From NCBI GenBank assembly GCA_963770835.1, contig CAVYRH010000002.1, positions 173,739 through 237,738 of the forward strand: DNA of 64,000 nucleotides. The letters are read 5' to 3'. A program made the position numbers and the translations under genes. Under the pieces are notes generated by a model, which worked only from the letters and a program-made list of their open reading frames with translations, was not told where the DNA came from and made no database searches. The stretch comes from an uncultured Pseudomonadota bacterium. GTDB lineage: Bacteria > Oederibacteriota > Muellerivitia > Muellerivitales > Muellerivitaceae. Of the stretch, positions 39,282 through 51,666 are shown piece by piece (the first letter of the stretch is position 1; each line of letters starts with the position of its first letter).

Positions 39282-40358
39282 TTAAAAACACCGGATCGAG
39301 CTGGATTTCAGGAGAAGATATATCTTCTTACCCTGGACAAGTCCCAACTGCTCCACAGCGTCCGGAGTCAACCTCACCCTCAAGGAAAAACCGGCCCAAA
39401 CCTTTAGCAAAACGGTTCCTCCAAAGCTTTCTAATGATTCCAGATGTCCTTCAAGTATGTTTCTGGCCGATATATCCGCCGGGGAAGACAGGGCCACCAG
39501 AATATCCTCCGATGGAATGTCCACTTGAATCCGGGTCCCCCGGGACACATCCAACAAGGGAGTCCAAAGGAAGGTTTCACCCACCCGAACCCGGCTCATG
39601 CCCTTTTCGGGAAAATGCGATTCCACTTCCCCAAGCAATAGGTTTTCAACGGGCTGAGAGACCCATTGGGCCAATACATCGGTTTTTTTCAAGGTCCGTT
39701 CCGGTTCGCCCTGGGCCACCACCTTTCCCTTTTCCAAAATGATAATTTCGTCCCCCAAAGCTAAAATGTCGGAAACGTCGTGGGTGACATACAGGATGGG
39801 AATATGGAAATCATCCCGAATAAGGTTCAAATAGGGAAGGATGCGGGTTTTCAATCCCCTATCCAGCGAAGAAAAGGGCTCATCCAACAACAGCAAATTC
39901 GGCGACGCCATCAAGGCACGGGCCAAACCCACCCTTTGCTTTTCTCCGCCGGAAATTTCTCCGGGGGAAGAATCCATCAAATCACCGATTTCCAAAGTTT
40001 CCACTGCCGTCTTGAAGGACAGCCCGTTCGGGGCGACGCGGCTTGCCCCATAGAGGATGTTTTCCCGGACAGTGCGATGAGGAAAAAGAAGGACATCTTG
40101 AGGTAAGAAACCTATCATCCGTTTTTCGGGAGGAAGCCTGCGCTTACCGGTTGTATCTTCCAAGACCCTGCCCCTCACGGTCACATAGGCGAAGGAAGGC
40201 TTGCGGAGTCCCGCCACCAGCTCCAAGAGGGAGGTTTTTCCTGAACCCGAGGGCCCTAAAACGGCCGTGACGGGTTCGCGCAAGACTAAATCCACATCCA
40301 GGAAAAAAGAATCCAATGGAAGTTGGGCCCTCACCTCCAATACCGGGGGAAGGCTCAT
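39282..40358 (-). CDS. modC: Molybdate ABC transporter ATPase
   Basis: GPSGSGKT, SGGEKQR, ISARNIL TOBE domain. Confidence 0.92.
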   Translation of the reverse strand: MSLPPVLEVRAQLPLDSFFLDVDLVLREPVTAVLGPSGSGKTSLLELVAGLRKPSFAYVTVRGRVLEDTTGKRRLPPEKRMIGFLPQDVLLFPHRTVRENILYGASRVAPNGLSFKTAVETLEIGDLMDSSPGEISGGEKQRVGLARALMASPNLLLLDEPFSSLDRGLKTRILPYLNLIRDDFHIPILYVTHDVSDILALGDEIIILEKGKVVAQGEPERTLKKTDVLAQWVSQPVENLLLGEVESHFPEKGMSRVRVGETFLWTPLLDVSRGTRIQVDIPSEDILVALSSPADISARNILEGHLESLESFGGTVLLKVWAGFSLRVRLTPDAVEQLGLVQGKKIYLLLKSSSIRCF

Positions 40359-41056
40359 GGTGTTTCTCTCGGTGCAACCCTGCTTTTTTTACCCCTATGC
40401 TTGGCCGTTAGATATCCCGCCGCCCCGATAGCCAAGAAAGCCAACAGAATCGATATTCCCATTAACCGCCAGGCCTCGTCATCCTTGCCCAATTCAATCA
40501 TTTGAAAGATGTCGACGGCCAAAGTGGTTGTCCTGCCGGGGATATTTCCGGCCACCAAAACTGTCGCACCGAATTCTCCAAGAGCCCTGGCGAAAGCCAA
40601 CACCAAGCCCGCGGCCACACCCTTTTTGGAAAGGGGTAGCGTCACCGTCCAAAAAACCCAAAAGGGTCCCGCTCCCAAGGTCCGGGCCACTTCTTCCAGC
40701 CGGGGGTCCACACTCTCAAAAGCCGTCCGGGCCGTCCTCATTAAAAGGGGAAATGACATCACCGCCATGGCCAAAACGACGGCCTTCCAGGTGAAGATCA
40801 CATCCCAGCCGAAATAACCCTCAAGGACCGAACCCAAGGGGCCTCTCCGACCGAAAAGTTTGAGAAGAATCAAGCCCGTCGCCACCGGGGGCATAACCAG
40901 GGGAAGGGAGGCCGCCGTTTCCACCAATGCTTTGCCCCGCCATTCTTTGCGGGCCAAGATCCAAGCCAATCCAACACCAAACGGCGCTATCAGGGCCATA
41001 GCAAGGAAAGCCGTTTCTAAAGTGAACCACAGGACTTGCCACTCCTCGGGATTCAT
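40355..41056 (-). CDS. modB: Molybdate ABC transporter permease
   Basis: LPLVMPPVATG, FARALGEFGAT, GNIPGRT. Confidence 0.93.
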   Translation of the reverse strand: MNPEEWQVLWFTLETAFLAMALIAPFGVGLAWILARKEWRGKALVETAASLPLVMPPVATGLILLKLFGRRGPLGSVLEGYFGWDVIFTWKAVVLAMAVMSFPLLMRTARTAFESVDPRLEEVARTLGAGPFWVFWTVTLPLSKKGVAAGLVLAFARALGEFGATVLVAGNIPGRTTTLAVDIFQMIELGKDDEAWRLMGISILLAFLAIGAAGYLTAKHRGKKSRVAPRETP

Positions 41057-41062
41057 GCCGGA

Positions 41063-41782
41063 TCACCGAGTTGCCAGGGTAAGGAACCCGTACTTTTTGA
41101 ATATTGCCAGTCCCACTTTGGATTCCAAATATCCCAAAAAAGACTTCGCCGCACTAGTGTCTTTCGATGCTTTTATAACCGCCGCCGGATATACAATTCG
41201 AGGCGCATTCTCCCCGGGAACCTCAAAAGCGACTCTCACCTTGGAAGAAATGGCGGCATCGGTTTTGAAAACCACACCGGCGTCTGCGTCTCCACATTCC
41301 ACCGCAGACAAAGCGATCCTTACGTTTTGGGCAGGGACAACCCTGTCCTTCACTTTGTCCCAAACGCCCTTGTTCTCGAAATATTTGCGGGCGTAGGTAC
41401 CGGCGGGCACACCCTCTGGATCAGCCAAAGCGAGTTTTTGTACTTGAGCCCCAATTAAAGCCTCAAGATTCGGAATATCCAACCCGCCCGATTTGGGCAC
41501 AATCGCAACCAATGAATTGGAAAGAATATCCTTTCGGGAATCCTTCAATAACAGGTCTTTTTTTTGGAGTTTATTCATTTTGGCCTCACCTGCCGGAATA
41601 TAGAGATCCGCCGGTATCCGGTTCTCGATTTGACGGCCAAGATAATTAGAGCCCGCGAAATTAAAATATACCTTTACCGCAGGATGTACTGCTTCATAGG
41701 CCTTTCCAATCTCCCTCAAGACATCCGTCAGGCTGGTTGCCGCGAAGACCATCACGCTTCTATTAGGGGCCATAACACGCAC
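41063..41782 (-). CDS. modA: Molybdate-binding protein without evident signal peptide
   Basis: VFAATSLTD, NFAGS, VPAGTYA, IVYPAAV. Confidence 0.85.
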   Translation of the reverse strand: MRVMAPNRSVMVFAATSLTDVLREIGKAYEAVHPAVKVYFNFAGSNYLGRQIENRIPADLYIPAGEAKMNKLQKKDLLLKDSRKDILSNSLVAIVPKSGGLDIPNLEALIGAQVQKLALADPEGVPAGTYARKYFENKGVWDKVKDRVVPAQNVRIALSAVECGDADAGVVFKTDAAISSKVRVAFEVPGENAPRIVYPAAVIKASKDTSAAKSFLGYLESKVGLAIFKKYGFLTLATR

Positions 41783-41892
41783 CTTCTTACCTCGGGTTTA
41801 TATTTGGATAAAAACTCTATTCCCGTTATCGGCTAATTCCCTTACCTGTGCGGATTTTCTCGCTCAAAAACATTCATAGGATCAAAAAAGGC

Positions 41893-42102
41893 TCAATCCA
41901 CGCCGATCATCACGTTGGATGACTTGACGATTGCATAAGCCGTGATACCCGGCTTGAGGCCGAGACTTTTCACCGAACTTTTGGTAATGATCGAAGTGAT
42001 CGATTCCCCGCCGGGAAGTTGAACCACCACTTCACAGTTGATGGGGCCCGCCGTGATCTTCTTAACTTTTCCCTTGAGCTGGTTCTTCGCGCTGATTCTC
42101 AT
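41893..42102 (-). CDS. mop: Molbindin / TOBE (Mop) protein
   Basis: MRISAKNQLKG...SIITKSSVKSLGL...AIVKSSNV. Confidence 0.9.
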   Translation of the reverse strand: MRISAKNQLKGKVKKITAGPINCEVVVQLPGGESITSIITKSSVKSLGLKPGITAYAIVKSSNVMIGVD

Positions 42103-42187
42103 GATGCCCTCCAAATAGTTGATGGATTGCGATGGTCCTGCTGTTCTGAAGCCATCCTACAGGCCCGTCCAAGGCGGAAGCCATCCC

Positions 42188-42964
42188 CTAAGGCTTTAGG
42201 AGCGTGACAAACCCATATTTTTCAAACACCGCCAGGCCTTCTTTTGACTCCAAGTATGCCAGGAAATTTTCGGTTTCATCCCTTTCTTTCGATCCTTTCA
42301 AAACCGCCACAGGATAGGCGATGGTGGGCGCATCCCCTGCGGGAACCTCGTACGCCACCTTGACCTTGGGGGATATGGCCGCATCGGTCTTGAAAACAAC
42401 GCCCGCATCCACATTGCCCGATTCCACGGCGGCAAGCGCGGCCCGGACGTTCAAAGTGGATACCACCCGGTCCTTTAATTTGTCCCAAACCCCCTTTTTC
42501 TCAAAATATTTCTTGGCGTAGATTCCACAGGGCACCCCGTTCGTATCAGCCAGGGCGAGTTTGCGGACCTTCGGCCCCGTCAGGGCGTCCAGCCCAGGAA
42601 TATCCAGTCCTCCCAATTTTTCCACGACCACCACCAAGGAATTTGAAAGAAGGTCCTTGCGGGAACCATTCAACAGGAGACCCTTTTTCTCAAGTTCATC
42701 CATCTTGGCTTCGTCTGCCGAGAGGAAGAGGTCCGCCGGGGCCCCCGCCTCGATCTGCCGGACCAGGAGATTGGATCCCCCGAAGTTGAAAACCACTTTC
42801 TCACCGGGATGCCCTCTTTCACAAGCTTTCCCGATCTCCTGGAGCACATCCGTCAAGCTGGCGGCCCCGAAAACCGTCACTTCTCCGGCTCGGGCCCAAC
42901 CAAAAAGAGATAAAAAGGCGGCCACCCCAAAAATGCATATTGTTGATCTTCTTTTTGGGGCCAT
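42188..42964 (-). CDS. modA: Molybdate-binding protein with signal peptide
   Basis: MAPKRR...ARA-GEVTVFGAASLTD; in frame with an upstream integrase fragment. Confidence 0.88.
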   Translation of the reverse strand: MAPKRRSTICIFGVAAFLSLFGWARAGEVTVFGAASLTDVLQEIGKACERGHPGEKVVFNFGGSNLLVRQIEAGAPADLFLSADEAKMDELEKKGLLLNGSRKDLLSNSLVVVVEKLGGLDIPGLDALTGPKVRKLALADTNGVPCGIYAKKYFEKKGVWDKLKDRVVSTLNVRAALAAVESGNVDAGVVFKTDAAISPKVKVAYEVPAGDAPTIAYPVAVLKGSKERDETENFLAYLESKEGLAVFEKYGFVTLLKP

Positions 42965-42994
42965 TGTTAACACCTTAGTTAACAATCCGATAAT

Positions 42995-43207
42995 AATCTT
43001 TGGCCTTTCTTGAGCCAAATAACTGTTTTCAACGATGGCTTGCATATGTTGGGCCAAAACCTTCTTTGCCTGAGGCAAAGGTATCTGTCCCAAACGCACT
43101 CTTTTACGTTTATTAACCCCTTTCTCCTGGATAAAAAAATCCAGGAAATATCCCCCTCTATCTTTCCGAAGATGTTGGGGAAGTCCGTGAACATTAGGCT
43201 TACTCAT
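42995..43207 (-). pseudogene. 5' fragment of a second integrase copy
   Basis: First ~71 aa nearly identical to the integrase at 36629-37699; upstream DNA also shared. Confidence 0.9.
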
Positions 43208-43453
43208 ACTGCCTCCTAATGTCCCTTGCCAATTGCATTTTACCAGGCAGTTAAATGAATTTCAGGTGAGATTTTTATTAGGGGAGAACTGCGATACGAA
43301 CAAGTGAATTGTCTGGAATAAATCGAAAACTAAACTTGTTCATATTTGGAAAGAGGTGAAATTGGGCTTCGCGCTAGGAAGACCTGGCCCGGGTTACCCC
43401 GGTAACCAGGTCGCCGCTTCGCACTATAGATTATTTAGACCATGCCTTTAAAA

Positions 43454-45673
<2,220 letters not shown>

Positions 45674-45801
45674 CTATCAATAAAGTATAAACCCGGAAAA
45701 AAACACGGCCCATATTATAAAATTCTAGGCAATTAGACCGATCCCCTTCCACTAACTTTCATTCGATTTCATTGATTGATCATCTTCAACTCGAACTTCC
45801 C

Positions 45802-47004
45802 TTACCCGAATATCTTCTCTAAGAAAGGCAACATGCTTATTACGCCTGTTACAAAAATTAAAATGATAGTGATCCAATAGATGTATTTATTGATCCCCTT
45901 CAAAATAAAGTCGCCCATTAATTTTTTGTTGGAAGCAATCATTCCCAAAATGATCGCGGGCGCGATCAGCACGACAATCTGTAAAACCATCAAGTCGAGG
46001 GCAAGCTTGATGAGGTTGTAGGAAAAGAGCGGGATGATCACGGCGGGAAGGGACTCAACCAGATAAACCTTGAACCAGTGCTTCCGGCCCCAACCCATGG
46101 CCTCCGTCACCCCCCAGCAGCTCCCAAGGGAAATAACAATAAGGGCGATAAAAGACGCTGTAACGAGGCCGGTTCCAAACACATAAGGGGCATAATGCCC
46201 GGCCACCGAAGAGAGGCTTTGGGAGAGGCCTTTGGGCGACGTAAAATCCAACACGGCGGCGTTTATACCGATGGCAGATATGGCTATGGCAACCATAATT
46301 AATTCGGAAAAGAGGGCGCCCACCATGGTTTCAAACCGTATGGCCCAAATACTGCCTTTACCCGTGCCCTTTTCCGCCGTTGCGGAAACTTGGTAAAAGA
46401 GCATAAAAGGCATGATCACGGCCCCGATATTGGCGGCTAGCATGAAAATAAAGTCGGAGGACGTGGAGAAATAAAACGGCGTGAGAACAACGTTCCCGTT
46501 CCGGGCCGTCATAAATGCGGCCACGATCCATACCACCGTAAAAATGACGGAGATGACAAGCAAAGGCTTCTCCGCCTCCACATACTTCCTCTTATATACC
46601 ACAATCACATGGGCCAGGAAGGCGATGGGGATTGATACCCAGGGAGAAACACCCATCATCTCAAAACCAACCGCGATGCCGGTATACTCAACGACATAAC
46701 TGATGATGTCCACCAGAGCCATCGGTACGGCACAAAACACCGCGACACGACGGCTGTAATTCTCCCGAATCAGTTCCCCCAGCCCTTTGCCCGCAACAGC
46801 TCCCACGCGGCCCGCCACTTCCTGGATCACGTACAAAGGGAATGTCAGCACCATGATGAACCAAACGAGTTTGGTGCCATATTGTGCCCCGCTTTCGGCG
46901 GCGGTTATGGCGCTGGCCGCATCTACATCCGCGATCATGACAAGCCAAGCCGGGCCCCACGTCTTTGCGATACGGCCCAATTTTTCCTTTAACTCCCTTA
47001 CCAT
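45802..47004 (-). CDS. NRAMP-family divalent metal transporter
   Basis: GPAWLVMIADVDA, QEVAGRVG, NIGAVIMPFMLFYQ. Confidence 0.85.
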   Translation of the reverse strand: MVRELKEKLGRIAKTWGPAWLVMIADVDAASAITAAESGAQYGTKLVWFIMVLTFPLYVIQEVAGRVGAVAGKGLGELIRENYSRRVAVFCAVPMALVDIISYVVEYTGIAVGFEMMGVSPWVSIPIAFLAHVIVVYKRKYVEAEKPLLVISVIFTVVWIVAAFMTARNGNVVLTPFYFSTSSDFIFMLAANIGAVIMPFMLFYQVSATAEKGTGKGSIWAIRFETMVGALFSELIMVAIAISAIGINAAVLDFTSPKGLSQSLSSVAGHYAPYVFGTGLVTASFIALIVISLGSCWGVTEAMGWGRKHWFKVYLVESLPAVIIPLFSYNLIKLALDLMVLQIVVLIAPAIILGMIASNKKLMGDFILKGINKYIYWITIILIFVTGVISMLPFLEKIFG

Positions 47005-47121
47005 GGCGCGACCTCGTTTCCACAATGTTTGCTCACCAACTCAACCCGCAAGTCAAATGATAACCATTCTCAAATAATTGCCGCATGACTTGTGTCACAC
47101 ACCATCGAAGAGCCCCCGGCT

Positions 47122-48453
47122 TTATTCGAACAATTCCTGGCCGATGTATTTTCCCGGCTGGGCCCCCGGCGGACAGGCGAAGATGCCGCTGCCCACGTGG
47201 GTTAAAAACTGGTTCATCATGTCGAAGCGCGACATTTTTTCAAACATCGGGATAAAGGCCTTGCGGGGGTCTTTTTGATAGCACTGGAACAGAAGGCCCG
47301 CGTCCATTTCCATGCCCTGCCGCCAGGGCGGCCACCGTTCGGCGGTAAAAACCAGGTTGTTGTCATAGGAATAAGCTCGACGAAGCATCTGAGCACCGTT
47401 ATTTTCCTCGGGAGCGCCCAGCCTAGCATGGGAGTTTTCGGGGATCACGGAGTTCCCTTCCTTGTCGTTAGCGGCCAAATCCAATTTGTCGTTTTCGTTC
47501 TGACCGGTGAGTGGGGCCCCCGAATATTTTTTACGCCCCACAGTTTGTTCTTGGAAAGACTTTTTCATCCGATCCCAATGTTCCAGGGAGATTCGGATTG
47601 GCCTTACCACCATATAGGACCCCCCGCGCATCCATGCAGGCCCCTCTTGACCCACCCAAACGAATTTATCCATGGCTACGGGGTCGTCGGTCTTTGGATT
47701 CATGGTGCCATCCTTGAAACCCATCAAATTGCGCGGGGTTTGTCCTTTGGGTGTCTTGGGCACGAAACCATTTTGTTCCCAACGTAAAGTCGCTACGCCA
47801 TCCGCCAAGCGAGTTAATTGACGCACTGCGTGCAAAGCTACCTCGGCGTCATCTGAACAGGCTTGAACCGAGAGGTCACCACCCGTGTGGCTCTCAATTA
47901 ACTGTTCCCCCGGAAAACGGGGCAGGTCAACGAGAGCGGGAGGGCGATGCCCTGCCAACCCATAGCGGTCCTTCCCGTCCTTGACGAATATTCCCGGCCC
48001 GAAACCAAAGGTAATGGTCAGCCGGCCTGGGGAAATATCCAGAACATCACCCGAATCCCCCGGGACTTGTTGCGGATCGGTCCCCAGGTCCTGACCGGTT
48101 TTACCACTAGTCATCCGCGCGGAGGATTTAGTCCAGCTTTTCAGCAGAGCAATGAGTTGCTTACGGTCTTTTGCGGTAAGGTCGAAAACCGCGAAACAGG
48201 TATAGGTTTGCATCGGCGTGAGAATGCCCCCCTGATGGCTGCCATTGAAAGGCTCGATCTCGGAGGCTGGAAAATCGTTCGCTTCGGGTACCGCGTCTTG
48301 TTCGCTGACAGAAGCCCCGGGCGGCAAATCCTGGTCCGTGACGGCTGTCGCCGGGGAGGCATAGTCGTTGTCCGTTCCCGCACGACAAAACGGCGCCCCC
48401 CAAAAAACACTGACAGCCATCAACACAGAAAACGTGAAATGGGATTTTTTCAT
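47122..48453 (-). CDS. efeB: DyP-type peroxidase (EfeB-like)
   Basis: HQGGILTP, TPRNLMGFKDGT, SHARL, MLRRAYSY. Confidence 0.88.
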   Translation of the reverse strand: MKKSHFTFSVLMAVSVFWGAPFCRAGTDNDYASPATAVTDQDLPPGASVSEQDAVPEANDFPASEIEPFNGSHQGGILTPMQTYTCFAVFDLTAKDRKQLIALLKSWTKSSARMTSGKTGQDLGTDPQQVPGDSGDVLDISPGRLTITFGFGPGIFVKDGKDRYGLAGHRPPALVDLPRFPGEQLIESHTGGDLSVQACSDDAEVALHAVRQLTRLADGVATLRWEQNGFVPKTPKGQTPRNLMGFKDGTMNPKTDDPVAMDKFVWVGQEGPAWMRGGSYMVVRPIRISLEHWDRMKKSFQEQTVGRKKYSGAPLTGQNENDKLDLAANDKEGNSVIPENSHARLGAPEENNGAQMLRRAYSYDNNLVFTAERWPPWRQGMEMDAGLLFQCYQKDPRKAFIPMFEKMSRFDMMNQFLTHVGSGIFACPPGAQPGKYIGQELFE

Positions 48454-49694
48454 GGGATAGCTTCCATCAGCGTATTGGTATCGTCCTGGACATAGTAGAA
48501 ACCCGTGCCATCCGGCGTCATGGCCAAGCCAAAGAGATCTCCGTTACCCGGTGGGGTCTGGGCCTGATCGGGGTCGATCCACTGCGCGTAGATCTGTTGG
48601 CCCGTGATCGGGTCCACTTCCACGGCCTTGCCGTCCTTGCCGTTACAAACCAACAAATGGCCCTCGGGGGTCATGACCATCGCGAGAGGCCAAACCAATT
48701 GCCCGTTTTGAGTGACGACTTTTCCCGTACCGGCGCTATCCGCGCGGGTAGCCGGGTCTGAAATAGCCGCGATGAGATTGTCCAAGCCGTCGGTCACATA
48801 AAGGGTTTTCTGGTCCTGTGAAAGCACCAAGCCCGTGGGGCCAAACAGGAAATTGTCCCGGTCCGCGCGTTGCGAAAAGCCGCTCCCAATAACGGTCTGA
48901 TCAACCAACACGGGAGGCTTGCCTTCTTCGATGGATAGCTTGAGCCGCAAAACGGTTGAACTGTGCAAAATAGGCGGATAGCCTGTCTTGGGATCGGTCA
49001 CATCAGGCCCGGGCACATCAAACCCAGCCATGCTGATGAACAACACTGCGCTGTCGCCGTTATCGATCACCGCCATGTCACCCCAGGGACCATTGATGTT
49101 CTTGTCGGTCCAAACCGAAACCAAATGGCCATTCGCATCCAGGACCAAAAGGCAGCCGTCCCCTTTGGTCTTGGTCGTTCCATCCGTGCTGGGCATACTG
49201 CCCACGATGACCCAACCGCTCTTGAGCATGGCCATCGCAGTCGTCAAACCCACGCCTACTGGGCTTTGAGGCAGTTTTTGAGGGATCGTCGCGAAGAGGG
49301 TCATTTTTTTAGTCGAGGGCCGGTAGTCCATCAATGTCGTGCCGGTACCTTGCAGGTTGGAAATGGAATTAAAGTTAGAGATGAGAACATCACCCTTTTC
49401 AATAATTCCCGCCGAGACTGGCGCCACGATGACAGCGTAAGGATTCACATCCCCGTTATCCGGAATGGTGGAACCCAGGGTAATGTGCTTATGAAGGGTT
49501 TCTAAGAACCCCTTTCGGCCATTGGCCTGAACGGTCGGTGGGAGCCCGGAGGGTAGGACGGTTGGCGTGGATTGGGAGGCCGCATCCGAACCATAATCCC
49601 CCCCGTCACCTGAGCTTCTGGACGCCGACATGGAAGGCGCCGTCACAAGGGCTCCAATCAATAAAAAGAATGTGGTGGTTTTTTTCAGTTTCAT
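48450..49694 (-). CDS. Secreted beta-propeller (NHL-like) protein
   Basis: Signal peptide; GDVNPY, INGPW, GPTGL repeats. Confidence 0.7.
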   Translation of the reverse strand: MKLKKTTTFFLLIGALVTAPSMSASRSSGDGGDYGSDAASQSTPTVLPSGLPPTVQANGRKGFLETLHKHITLGSTIPDNGDVNPYAVIVAPVSAGIIEKGDVLISNFNSISNLQGTGTTLMDYRPSTKKMTLFATIPQKLPQSPVGVGLTTAMAMLKSGWVIVGSMPSTDGTTKTKGDGCLLVLDANGHLVSVWTDKNINGPWGDMAVIDNGDSAVLFISMAGFDVPGPDVTDPKTGYPPILHSSTVLRLKLSIEEGKPPVLVDQTVIGSGFSQRADRDNFLFGPTGLVLSQDQKTLYVTDGLDNLIAAISDPATRADSAGTGKVVTQNGQLVWPLAMVMTPEGHLLVCNGKDGKAVEVDPITGQQIYAQWIDPDQAQTPPGNGDLFGLAMTPDGTGFYYVQDDTNTLMEAIP

Positions 49695-49720
49695 TTTTTC
49701 TCCTTTTTTTATACTTCGGA

Positions 49721-51190
49721 TCACAATTGCAAAATACTGCGAACACCCACAACTAATTCATTGTTGATGAGTTGTCCCGGCGCGTTGGGGTTTTCTATGC
49801 CGCCCGCCGGGTTAAAAATGTACTGTAGATCGGGCTGAAGCTGGAACCACGTAAAGACAAAATATTGATAGGTTGCTTCAATAAATGCCTCACCCGAAGG
49901 CTGCGGGTTAAAGGTGCCTGGATTAAAAGAACCCGTATCCGACGCCAAACCTGCCAATGCGGGGCTGAGATGGGCATAGCCCATTCCCAGTCCAAAAACA
50001 TCGTCAGTGCGATAAGTAAATGGGTCTTTGAGTATTAAGCAAAAGTTCGCGCTGAAATCCACAGAGTTTCTGTCCGAGGGAGCCCACATGGCGCGTGCGA
50101 ATAAACTTAAAGTACGGTTCGGATCTTTACCACTGCGCCAGATCATTTGATCACCCACCCCATAGATGGAGTAATCGCCAGCATGATTTTGCGGATTGCC
50201 GTCGCTGTTGGGGTCGGCCAAAGACAAACCCTGGTCATCGTAGCGCAAGTCCGCGAAATTCTCGGTGTTATACCAAGCGCCTAACCTGTAGGTGCCCGAG
50301 AGGGCGGGAGTAGAGCTGTAAACCATATCGCCAAGGGCTGGAAATGAATATTGCAGTTCGGCTATGGCCAGCACCCCGCCATTGAGCGGGAAACTTAACC
50401 CGTATTTGTCCTCCTGCTGGGAGTCGCCGCCGGATAAAGGCGACGGACTGCCATTGAACACCCCAGCGAGGATCTTGATCGAATCCGTTGCTTTCCATTG
50501 AAGTCGCGCCCCCAAGTCGGAGAGTGGATAAGCCGGGCCACCACCCGGCAGGTCGGCTGAAGGCAACATGGGCCAGCCGAACATGGTATTGGCGAAATAA
50601 GTGGCGTTGATGCTGTCCATGAATTCCTGGTCTAGACTTTGTTGGCCTACCTTGAGGTCGAGGCGGCTCACTCCGCTATCGTCATAAAACTTCTGGTCAT
50701 ACCAAATCTCCCAAAAGCGGAAACCGTCTTCAGCCTCAATACCACTGGCGGTTTGAAGGTTGCCGAGGTTCTGCTGGCTTAAATTCACACCGTGAACATT
50801 CAAGCCACTGATGTTCAATAGCCCGCCAGGCAGCCGAAAGGCCCGAGCCGTGTCGAGTTGGAGTACAGCCTGGGTTAACCCGTCATAGGTGCCACCCTGT
50901 TGGATTCCTCCTGTCAAATTACCCAGAACCTCGCTGGTTTCTTGAAGACTCAGGGACATACCGTTACCGCTCAACCATTTGCGAAAACCCCATAGGTCAC
51001 CGAAAAGATAGCTGCTGCGGCCAATCCCATCCAAGAAACCAAAAAACCCTTCCGAAGGATTTGACAGGCTGGTGTAGTCAACTGGTGCTGAAATGGGAGG
51101 TGGCGCGGCGAAAGATGTGCCCGATCTGATCCAGAAAAAGAAAGCCAAAAAGAGGATCACCGCTAATGTTTTAGAAGATCTATTCGCCAT
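49721..51190 (-). CDS. OprB-family porin
   Basis: LFGDLWG.R, GPAYPL, QLQPDLQYIFNP. Confidence 0.88.
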   Translation of the reverse strand: MANRSSKTLAVILFLAFFFWIRSGTSFAAPPPISAPVDYTSLSNPSEGFFGFLDGIGRSSYLFGDLWGFRKWLSGNGMSLSLQETSEVLGNLTGGIQQGGTYDGLTQAVLQLDTARAFRLPGGLLNISGLNVHGVNLSQQNLGNLQTASGIEAEDGFRFWEIWYDQKFYDDSGVSRLDLKVGQQSLDQEFMDSINATYFANTMFGWPMLPSADLPGGGPAYPLSDLGARLQWKATDSIKILAGVFNGSPSPLSGGDSQQEDKYGLSFPLNGGVLAIAELQYSFPALGDMVYSSTPALSGTYRLGAWYNTENFADLRYDDQGLSLADPNSDGNPQNHAGDYSIYGVGDQMIWRSGKDPNRTLSLFARAMWAPSDRNSVDFSANFCLILKDPFTYRTDDVFGLGMGYAHLSPALAGLASDTGSFNPGTFNPQPSGEAFIEATYQYFVFTWFQLQPDLQYIFNPAGGIENPNAPGQLINNELVVGVRSILQL

Positions 51191-51291
51191 TTCTCATCTC
51201 TTTCAATTCAAGGAAAGTTTCGACTTTCATTGAATGCCAAAAATTAAATTCACGATATTACCCATCACAAAAGCCACCTTTTGGTTTGAAT

Positions 51292-51325
51292 AAAAAAACC
51301 AGGTAAAGGCTTTCACCTCCCTGGC
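51292..51325 (-). terminator. Intrinsic terminator in the leader upstream of the porin gene
   Basis: CCAGGGAGGTGAAAGCCTTTACCTGG followed by a T7 tract. Confidence 0.6.
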
Positions 51326-51403
51326 TTGCAGTTAAGCTGGCTGGGTTTTTACAAGATGAAATGGGTTTGATAGTTACTGAATTCAACCCCTGTCTTGCCT
51401 CTA

Positions 51404-51445
51404 TCTAATTGATAATGATTATCAATTAGAATTTATTCCTGTCAA
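51404..51445 (-). promoter_or_regulatory. Fur box overlapping a sigma70 promoter
   Basis: 27-bp palindrome TCTAATTGATAATGATTATCAATTAGA; TTGACA at 51440-51445. Confidence 0.88.
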
Positions 51446-51666
51446 CTAAAAACTTTCTTCAATAACCCTCAGCGGAGAGCCAAATTTATAATTTCGAGGT
51501 TATACGAAGGGAAATTGGCTCAACAGGATGAAACATAAAGTCACTCACTGGTTCCGATTCCCCCTTTAACTGGGTGGCGTAGTAATAAGTAATATCGTCA
51601 TCCTAGGCTCTGAAGAGATTGAAGAAGGTGAATTCCAACGAAGCGTCGCCCTGGTTGTATTCGGCT

